Positions 56,554 to 64,000 of a stretch of DNA of 64,000 nucleotides are shown piece after piece (within the stretch, counting starts at the first letter, position 1; each line of letters opens with the position of its first letter). The notes beneath the pieces were generated by a model that was not told the DNA's origin, made no database searches, and saw nothing but the letters and a program-made list of their open reading frames with translations. A program made the position numbers and the translations under genes. Source of the DNA: a virus; the IMG/VR virus record IMGVR_UViG_3300020394_000003, positions 1 through 64,000 of that record; one strand, given 5' to 3'.

Positions 56554-57609
56554 ATGAGTCTATTCAGCAAAGGAAGAGACAAAGGTCGAGAAACTAAAAA
56601 TATTGAAGGAAGCAAGAAGAAACGAATCGACGATATTTCTGATGATTCGATAGGGACTGGTTCTGATGAGGCAAAAGAAGCCCGCCGCCGTGTTATGGGT
56701 GGTGTTGGCTGTGAGTCGATGATAGAGCCGGTACCTACTTATGATCAGGCTCCCTGCGAAACTGTTATTAATGGGGCGAATAACCAGTGGATTGTTTTAG
56801 GTCGCGACCGCCCGGGCAACAGGGCCTCTGGTTATGGTGGTGCCGGCCACACTCACTGTGGACACATCGATCTCTGTGTTGGCCGAGCATCCAGCAAAAA
56901 CAACGGATTGAAAGCAGCAGGACCTAGCGATGATGATATCGTAGGAAACAACTTTTTTAATGATGCTGCAAGAATTTATATTTCTTCAAAAACAGATATT
57001 GATAAAAACTTTGGATTGTCAAGAGGAAGACAAGGAAACAAAAAAGCTCATTCAGGTATCGGTATAAAAGCCGACGCGGTAAGAGTAATCGGGCGCGCCG
57101 GCGTAAAGATAGTTACAGGAAAAGCGCAAAATGTCAAAGCTGGCGCCGGCGGCGAAAAATTATCAATGGGCTCTAAAGATATTCGGCCTTCACCAAAAAT
57201 TGAATTGATTGCGGGTAATCAAGATGGCTCATCAAGACATTTTTCTATAGACAAAGGGTTCTTTACAGTAAACAATATCCAACCGGCAGTACTGGGCGAT
57301 AACATGGTTGAAGCTGTAAGCGAACTGGTTGAGCTAGTTAATCAGTTACAAGGAGCTTTAGTAAACTTTGCAGCTCAGCAATCAATTTTAAATGGTATTT
57401 TGGCAATACACACACACCCAGTCGCACTTGCATATACGACACCATCACCAGAACTAGCTGCAGCAGGAATCAATAATACAATTAAGATGGTGACAGATGT
57501 TCACATTCCGCTATTTTCTCAAAAAGTGAATACAATGTTTTATGAAATGAATTATCTACAGCCTTTCGGTATGCAATATATTAACAGCAGAAATGTTAAT
57601 ATTACTTAG
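56554..57609 (+). CDS. baseplate spike-like protein
   Basis: IVLGRDR, IGIKADAVRVIGR beta-repeats, C-terminal HTHP metal-binding motif. Confidence 0.6.
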   Translation: MSLFSKGRDKGRETKNIEGSKKKRIDDISDDSIGTGSDEAKEARRRVMGGVGCESMIEPVPTYDQAPCETVINGANNQWIVLGRDRPGNRASGYGGAGHTHCGHIDLCVGRASSKNNGLKAAGPSDDDIVGNNFFNDAARIYISSKTDIDKNFGLSRGRQGNKKAHSGIGIKADAVRVIGRAGVKIVTGKAQNVKAGAGGEKLSMGSKDIRPSPKIELIAGNQDGSSRHFSIDKGFFTVNNIQPAVLGDNMVEAVSELVELVNQLQGALVNFAAQQSILNGILAIHTHPVALAYTTPSPELAAAGINNTIKMVTDVHIPLFSQKVNTMFYEMNYLQPFGMQYINSRNVNIT

Positions 57610-57619
57610 GAATTAAAAA

Positions 57620-60600
57620 ATGGCAACTCACGACAAAGAAACATCAACTAGTAAATCTGAAACTAGTACGACAGAGACACAGGGCAATGAGTATGACTAC
57701 ATTGATTATCAATCACTTCCTGCTGATGATAGTAATTGTGATGTCACCGCTGTAGATGTTGAAGAATTAATCGAAGATTGTCCAACTTGCGTACCAAATC
57801 CAAAAGCCCCAGTAATTGACTGGACCAAAAGAACAGATTCAGAGCCGTTTCTAAACGAGAGAAAATGCACATACTCAATTGTTTTACGAACAAAGTATGA
57901 AGGAACCGGCGGCACAGGTGAACTGCAGGATCGTCTGGATGAATATACTGAAGAGGGCGTCATTAAGTTGCTAGCTCATTATAATAAGGCCTTGGATGCT
58001 AATACGGTTGCTGCTATGCTTAGTGTTGCCGGCGCTACGGATCACTTCGTACCACCTAGACCAAAGCTTAAAATGAAGGTGCTCATCGAAATCCCAGCTA
58101 ATGATTTTGATAAAATGCCATCAGCACAAGAGGTGCCAGAAGATAGTACACAAAGCGAAGAGGATGCAGCTGCAGATGAGCAGTCTATTGTTTACACAGC
58201 AACTCTTGAAATAGAAGGATTAGAGGAAAAATTTAAACAAATCGAGCACGGCCTATCAGCATACGCTAGGTTTCAAGTTATTTATCTAAAAACACAAGGT
58301 GGCCAAGTTAGATTCCCCGGTGGTCAAATGGTCAATCTACTGCAAGAATCTAGACACTTTAAAAAAGTATATCCGGCCATTGTAAACTTTTTGAGAGATA
58401 AGGGTTTTAGTTTACGTGAAGGCCGCGGCAATAATACATTAGGAAAAATTCCCGGTGGTCCTAAGCTAGCAAACAAGGTTGTCATTGATTTTGATGACGG
58501 ATACGTAGTTAAAAAAGTTACTGTACTACGACACGGTACATGTGAAGAAAAGCCGACTGTATTTAAGGGCAACAAACTATACACATTAAAAAACACATAT
58601 CCATTTGATCGGCCCACCACAATGGCATTTCTTCCCAAGATTGAAGAAATGACAATGGATCTTCGCCGCCGCGAAGGAATGATGCCTTGGACGGAATTTG
58701 CTAGAACTTATGTATGGCCCACGCCATCTATTGCTAGTGGAGTTGATCTAACCTCTGCTATGGCAGCGTTCGCGTCAGCAGCAACAGGGCAAGCCACTGA
58801 TAAAGACATGGAAACGCTAGCAAAAACAGCTGTGACCATGAGTGAGGCGGACAAGATTTCTTCACAGACCCCCGGTTCGTGGAAGGCTGCAGAAGATGCG
58901 TATGCCGACTATAAGGAAAGATCAGGACAGGATAATTACAGAGGTAGTGCTCTTGAAAACAGGCTAGAAAAGTGGAATGATCCAGATTATACCTATGAAG
59001 ATACGATCAATGACAAGACACTAGATTCAAAAGAGCAGGCGGCTATTGCTTGTGCAATTCATGAAGACGGTTTGAAGTCAGTCGTCGGGGAGGCTTGGGA
59101 CGATTTTAGCGAAGGGTTCATGGATGAGCTATTCAGCATTTGGGACGCGGTATCGTATCAATTTCAAAATTATCTTTGTATGTCTCCCGAAGAGCGCGCT
59201 AAATTATTAGCAGATCTACAATCGATGAGAAGCCAAGCCATGGTAGCCGCTTTCGCAGAAATGATGGCTCTTATGTTTGGATTCGTGGAAATGATTCAAT
59301 CATTCCAAGAAAGTTTAGACGAGATTAAGGATCTTAAGAATCTCTACTCTTTCGCATTTGATGAGATTAAACTGTGCGGTCTATTCAACTTGTTAATGGC
59401 CTTCATCGAATGTCTTGCAATGGGCTTAGATTTAGAAGAAATGCTTCAGCCACTGCTAGCTGCAGCACTTGCTAACATGGATGTTGTTCCATTCGAAAAA
59501 CTGTTTGTTGGCCTGCCTCCCGAAGTACAGGCTGAAGTCATGGCCAAAGTCGAAGCAGACCTAGGCAGTCATATGATGCCATGGGATGCAGCAAAAATTC
59601 AAGGAAAACCCGACCCAGCAGCGGAAACATCATTTGCAAACAAGCCATCTGCAGGAACGGTAGTCTCATGGGGTGGTCCCGGTACACCGCTCAATGCTGA
59701 AAAGAGCGCCGCTAGACAAGACCCAGATAATATTAAAGCTTCAGATCTAGCAGTTGCTCGCAAACTAGAAAATGCCGCAAAACAAATTAGAGAAGGATCC
59801 GTATATTATACAGATCCCGATGAGAACGGAAACTCAGAGAAAAAATATGCTCTAACAGAGGCTCAAGCTTTTGAGCAAGCTGTTATGACTAACGCCGCTG
59901 GAGTAAATGATAAATTACGCGCTTTTGCTGAGGCCTACAATATAGATCCTTATATGGATAGCGTTCAAATTGCTCAAAAATTAGTTGATTTTGCAAACGG
60001 GTCAAGCACGATGTCTGTCAACAACCTCGGCGTCACCCAAGCTGGCACAGTAGAAGCGGATCAGACAGTTGAGTATCAAACTAGATACGAACAAGCAATA
60101 CAAGAGTATTGTAAAGCGAACTACGAACTCCAAATGGCGCAATTGGCCGACGATGATCCAAAGCCATCTTATGACGAATTTAAAGTAAGCTGCAGAGACA
60201 CCTCAGAAGCTAAAGCCTATGCAGAAGCTCTAGCTACCGCATATAACGCCGGCCTAGCTGATGATGGAACGATTGGTTCCAATGGACCTTACGGCACAAG
60301 AGGTTCACTCGGCGCTGCTCTAGGAAGTTCGGTATCAACTCTGATATCTGCATATGCGCAGGCTATTTTAGACTATTACGTTGTTAATGGGATATTAGAA
60401 GACCTCAAAGACTTTATTGAGGAACTACCCGGTGCAGCATTTGTTGCAAAAATCATTGCAGCTATTGACTGTATTGTTCCACCATTATTTGATCCGCCCT
60501 TGTTTGATTTCTTAAACACATTAGAAATTGATTTCTGTAATAACCAATATGGTATTGTGCTGCCCCGATTCTCGGGTATTCAACTACCAAACTGGAAAGA

Positions 60601-63600
60601 CTTTTTTAAATATCTGCTGGAATATGCAAAAGAGATTCTATTATATATTTTGTTTAGGCTACTGCTATACGTCCTAACTAAGATTGTGTTGATGCTGTTT
60701 GACTCGCTATGCAAGGCCTTACAGAAGTTAGGCGAGGCTGCTAGTAACGCACTGGCAGACGCAGCTTGTAATGCTATGTCTAACGCCGGCGGATTCTTGT
60801 CAGATGTATCGGATGAGATGCAAAAGGGAGAAACTACTGTTAATCGTGAAACGGGAATGACAGAAAACGTAGCCGGCTCTGCAATGTGTGAGACACCCCC
60901 ACGCGGCTTTGGAGACATGATCAGGGAAGCTTTCTGTGGCAAGGATGCTACGGATGCAGATGTGGAGGCAACAACCAACGAAGTTATGCGCGCAGTTGGT
61001 GGTGTCACGGAGGCCGACGCAGCGCGGATGGCAAATTCTGATGGCGTAAATCAGCTAGTTGCAGATATATCATCTGTACTTACCGGTGATGAGTTGGCCG
61101 ATCTTCTTCTTGGAAATCCAAACCCCGGCGCAATTCAAATGATAAGCGAGGTTGTCCAGACGGAAAATCCTGACTATATCCCAGCGTTTAACTCTCCCGG
61201 TCAAATCCGAGATATGATGAAAAGCATTGGTAACATGATGCCTATGGAGTTCCGTGCACAATTGCGAGATGAGTTGAGTGTTCCAAAGGGAGAAAGGCCC
61301 GCAAATCCAAACCTATGTACAACCCCAAATGACATTCAGAGGTTTAGAGACCTGCGCAATATGATTTTGACATCAAAAGATGGTACAACACTCGATCAGG
61401 CAAATCAACAATTTGATGCCTTAAGAGGCCGTGCACTTAACGATCTTGCTGAAGCTGGAGATTTATTACAAGGCGGTGTAGAAAACTTTATTGCTAACAA
61501 CCTTCCACCTATTTTGGGAGAACCAGATGAAAACGGGTGCGTACCACCAAATGCAATTATTCCTCGTGAACCAGAAGAACTGAGTGATTTGCTAGCAGCT
61601 TCTACAGACGCGTTATATGAAAACGTCAGAAGAGGATTTCGAAGAGATTTAACTGGAAGAAAGGGAGTATTAGACATGATTTTGTCTGATACTTGTGGTA
61701 TACCATATTCTAGGCATGAAAGAAAATCAAGTAGGTCTCTTCACTATTCTGATTATGATAGCGAAATTTTAGATAAAATCTTAGATGGTGATGATTCTGA
61801 TTTGCCTGTATTCATAGAAAACTTGCTTGAAAGAGAAAAAGGCGCTTATCCAAAATATGTCGCCCAATGGCTTGTCGACTACCTCAGAGAATCAAGGCAT
61901 TTAGGTGCCGGGTACCAATCAACGACAGAGTATGATCCAACTCAATATATGACTTATACTGGCGGCGATGAATACCCAACAGATGACAGAGGGGTTCCGT
62001 ATGGAACTGAAGAAAATCCAATTGTTATTGAGGGCGAAAAAGAACCCGATTTAATTTTGGAATTCCGAGATAATAATAAGGGTGTAGAACTAGATTACAT
62101 TACATCAACAGATTATCAATTTTCTGAAGGGTTTAATATAGAATACGGCTCTTATATCATAAATGAAGATGAAGATGGAAATCCTGTACCAAATACAGAT
62201 AACATTTATAAATTAAAAATTCTTGATGTCACAAATCAACTAGCAGATTTGCCTCGCCGCGCACGAAAGATCAAAGTAGATGAGCCACCAGATTTTAATA
62301 TGGATGAAGAGATCGCTTTAGAAGATGAGGTAATTGATCTAGAGATCTATGGCTCGTTATCTACTGAGGCAGAAGAACTTAGGCAACAATATGATCTCGG
62401 AGCGAACACTTCGGCTAGTCCTCAAAATAATCTGTGGAGCCAATACATGGCTGAAAAGTTTGCGTCGTTAGGGCTTAATGACGAGCAACAGGCCTTGTTC
62501 CAGACTAGCACATTGTTCTCTCCAGAGAATGCAAATCAAACATATGATAAAATTGTAAACTCTTTGATGGCATTTATGGGTCAAAACATCGCCGATAACA
62601 CACCGGCATGGTCATTTGGTTTTGACCCAGAAGACGACGGTGATTTAAATACATTTGATAAAGCATACATGTCGCCGGACTACCCTGAAGACAATAGATT
62701 GTTTCTTGAATGGGCTGGAACTACCTTGGTTGATCAACTTCATACTGAAGATAATAGGTACCGTCGCAATAATGGTAAACCAATTTGGTGGAAAATTAAA
62801 AGATACATCAAAGAAAATCAAATTATGGGCAAGTCAGCACATGACCGCATGTTTTTCTTAAGTCCTGCAGAATTTGGCGGAAGCTGGATGTGGCCACCAT
62901 ACTACATCGAGCCACCAAAATCTGAAGGCTGGCTAGCCATCCGCGAGGCTCTGGTTCCTGAGATTGATGGAAAAGAGCCAAAAAGAACTTCCGTATGTGG
63001 ATTTCAAGATATTAAAGATCGAGTAGACGAGCTAACAAAAAAGATGCCTGACGATCCTAGATTGTCAGAATGTCCAGACTGTGTTGTTGAGCTTCCGTAT
63101 TCTAGGATTCTTGACCGCGCCGCGGCATCAGGAATGGAAGGCCCTATTTTATCTATAATTAGAATTTATGTGCTCGAAGAAATGTTAAAGGCGATGCCTG
63201 TGTTCTCTAACTTCAAAGCAGTGATCCCAGATGTCATGGACTATACATATGTTGAATATATTATTGCAAAGATGAAAATTGATTTTACTGAAAATCTCGG
63301 CAGAAAACGTGGTTTCTTAAAAGGCGATGCACTATGGTACACCTTCCTAGAACAGTGTGTGCAATCTTACGGGCGCAGAATTCAGCTTGATGGCCTTGAA
63401 CCAACTGAGGATATTATGCAAGCCATGAATGCGCTTAACATTGTCCAAAAAGATTTTCACTATCCCGACGAAGAAGACCTAGCAAGAGCAAAATTCGCTG
63501 CTGGCTTAAACCCATGGGCCGACTTTGGCGTTGAGGTTGACGAGACTACACCTGAAATTATTTTTGGAAGAGAAGTCAAGTTGTTTACTAAGCTGGAACA

Positions 63601-64000
63601 CTACCGTCGATGGCACTTATTACAAGCTGTGAAAGACTCAGAGCAACACGCAAATGTAATTGTTCGTGCTCTTGTTGAAGAACAACTGGAATACATGGCA
63701 GAAAAGTTTGAAGAAGCATTAAAAAAGGTTGATCTTGCACCTGAAATCAAAGATATTCATCAATATTTTGTGGGCTCTAGTAACTTTGTTGCTGGTAATA
63801 ATGGTTTTGCGCCTGACCTGATGTCTTATACGGGCAACGGGGATGTTCTTAATGTTGCTGAAAACCTAGAAGATAATCCATTCAACACATATCAATCAGA
63901 GGATTGGGCACCACTACCAGTTGATGTGCAAGTTACTGATCAGGGTGAAACTCAAGCAGCGTCCATTAATCTTAGTTCTAGGATTGTAACGGGTGATTTT
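57620..64000 (+). CDS. very large protein (>2100 aa), 3'-truncated, probably structural
   Basis: ATG 57620 after AGGA; frame read as open at the start, at 60002 and at the window end; absent from the track because it has no stop. Confidence 0.8.
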   Translation, partial: MATHDKETSTSKSETSTTETQGNEYDYIDYQSLPADDSNCDVTAVDVEELIEDCPTCVPNPKAPVIDWTKRTDSEPFLNERKCTYSIVLRTKYEGTGGTGELQDRLDEYTEEGVIKLLAHYNKALDANTVAAMLSVAGATDHFVPPRPKLKMKVLIEIPANDFDKMPSAQEVPEDSTQSEEDAAADEQSIVYTATLEIEGLEEKFKQIEHGLSAYARFQVIYLKTQGGQVRFPGGQMVNLLQESRHFKKVYPAIVNFLRDKGFSLREGRGNNTLGKIPGGPKLANKVVIDFDDGYVVKKVTVLRHGTCEEKPTVFKGNKLYTLKNTYPFDRPTTMAFLPKIEEMTMDLRRREGMMPWTEFARTYVWPTPSIASGVDLTSAMAAFASAATGQATDKDMETLAKTAVTMSEADKISSQTPGSWKAAEDAYADYKERSGQDNYRGSALENRLEKWNDPDYTYEDTINDKTLDSKEQAAIACAIHEDGLKSVVGEAWDDFSEGFMDELFSIWDAVSYQFQNYLCMSPEERAKLLADLQSMRSQAMVAAFAEMMALMFGFVEMIQSFQESLDEIKDLKNLYSFAFDEIKLCGLFNLLMAFIECLAMGLDLEEMLQPLLAAALANMDVVPFEKLFVGLPPEVQAEVMAKVEADLGSHMMPWDAAKIQGKPDPAAETSFANKPSAGTVVSWGGPGTPLNAEKSAARQDPDNIKASDLAVARKLENAAKQIREGSVYYTDPDENGNSEKKYALTEAQAFEQAVMTNAAGVNDKLRAFAEAYNIDPYMDSVQIAQKLVDFANGSSTMSVNNLGVTQAGTVEADQTVEYQTRYEQAIQEYCKANYELQMAQLADDDPKPSYDEFKVSCRDTSEAKAYAEALATAYNAGLADDGTIGSNGPYGTRGSLGAALGSSVSTLISAYAQAILDYYVVNGILEDLKDFIEELPGAAFVAKIIAAIDCIVPPLFDPPLFDFLNTLEIDFCNNQYGIVLPRFSGIQLPNWKDFFKYLLEYAKEILLYILFRLLLYVLTKIVLMLFDSLCKALQKLGEAASNALADAACNAMSNAGGFLSDVSDEMQKGETTVNRETGMTENVAGSAMCETPPRGFGDMIREAFCGKDATDADVEATTNEVMRAVGGVTEADAARMANSDGVNQLVADISSVLTGDELADLLLGNPNPGAIQMISEVVQTENPDYIPAFNSPGQIRDMMKSIGNMMPMEFRAQLRDELSVPKGERPANPNLCTTPNDIQRFRDLRNMILTSKDGTTLDQANQQFDALRGRALNDLAEAGDLLQGGVENFIANNLPPILGEPDENGCVPPNAIIPREPEELSDLLAASTDALYENVRRGFRRDLTGRKGVLDMILSDTCGIPYSRHERKSSRSLHYSDYDSEILDKILDGDDSDLPVFIENLLEREKGAYPKYVAQWLVDYLRESRHLGAGYQSTTEYDPTQYMTYTGGDEYPTDDRGVPYGTEENPIVIEGEKEPDLILEFRDNNKGVELDYITSTDYQFSEGFNIEYGSYIINEDEDGNPVPNTDNIYKLKILDVTNQLADLPRRARKIKVDEPPDFNMDEEIALEDEVIDLEIYGSLSTEAEELRQQYDLGANTSASPQNNLWSQYMAEKFASLGLNDEQQALFQTSTLFSPENANQTYDKIVNSLMAFMGQNIADNTPAWSFGFDPEDDGDLNTFDKAYMSPDYPEDNRLFLEWAGTTLVDQLHTEDNRYRRNNGKPIWWKIKRYIKENQIMGKSAHDRMFFLSPAEFGGSWMWPPYYIEPPKSEGWLAIREALVPEIDGKEPKRTSVCGFQDIKDRVDELTKKMPDDPRLSECPDCVVELPYSRILDRAAASGMEGPILSIIRIYVLEEMLKAMPVFSNFKAVIPDVMDYTYVEYIIAKMKIDFTENLGRKRGFLKGDALWYTFLEQCVQSYGRRIQLDGLEPTEDIMQAMNALNIVQKDFHYPDEEDLARAKFAAGLNPWADFGVEVDETTPEIIFGREVKLFTKLEHYRRWHLLQAVKDSEQHANVIVRALVEEQLEYMAEKFEEALKKVDLAPEIKDIHQYFVGSSNFVAGNNGFAPDLMSYTGNGDVLNVAENLEDNPFNTYQSEDWAPLPVDVQVTDQGETQAASINLSSRIVTGDF

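Noticed and set aside
538-61677. Minus-strand ORFs in the track (e.g. 538..1335, 2140..3006, 19393..19830)
   Set aside because: Nearly all are antisense shadows of well-supported + strand genes or tRNAs, and none shows a recognisable motif
1-64000. Stop-codon reassignment, seen in some jumbo phages
   Set aside because: Recognisable genes are full length in code 11; TAA, TAG and TGA all terminate genes; no suppressor tRNA seen

Overview
Segment of a large (jumbo-type) tailed bacteriophage genome. Essentially all genes are on the + strand and use the standard genetic code. Layout: (i) a GC-rich early module at 1-3420 with sigma70-type promoters and a MoxR AAA+ / metallopeptidase-vWA pair; (ii) a partly non-coding, repeat-rich transition zone (4080-5300), followed by small hypothetical genes, two tRNAs and peptide deformylase; (iii) a ~15 kb block (10018-25700) of probable head-packaged proteins, many sharing an N-terminal 'W[RKN]x[FYH][LI]xE' leader and many L-x-E sites, carrying different enzymatic cargo (Nudix, HAD nucleotidase, GNAT-like, ART-like, zincin, ligase-like + HIGH nucleotidyltransferase); (iv) a translation/housekeeping block with an unexplained structured ncRNA candidate, tmRNA, tRNA-Ile(UAU), tRNA-Arg, tRNA-Thr, SlyD-like PPIase, PMM, redoxin, PhoH and a Cas4-like nuclease; (v) a ~17 kb glycosylation island including a nonulosonic-acid module; (vi) a T4 gp55-like late sigma factor, baseplate hub/spike-like genes and a >2100-codon ORF running off the end. 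The main candidates for novelty are the leader-tagged cargo system, the ACTANTTA putative late promoter, the long-variable-arm tRNA with a GUU anticodon, the structured RNA upstream of tmRNA, an anti-RBS stem-loop and an MraZ-box-like array. All family assignments are from motif recognition by eye; no database searches or folding programs were run.
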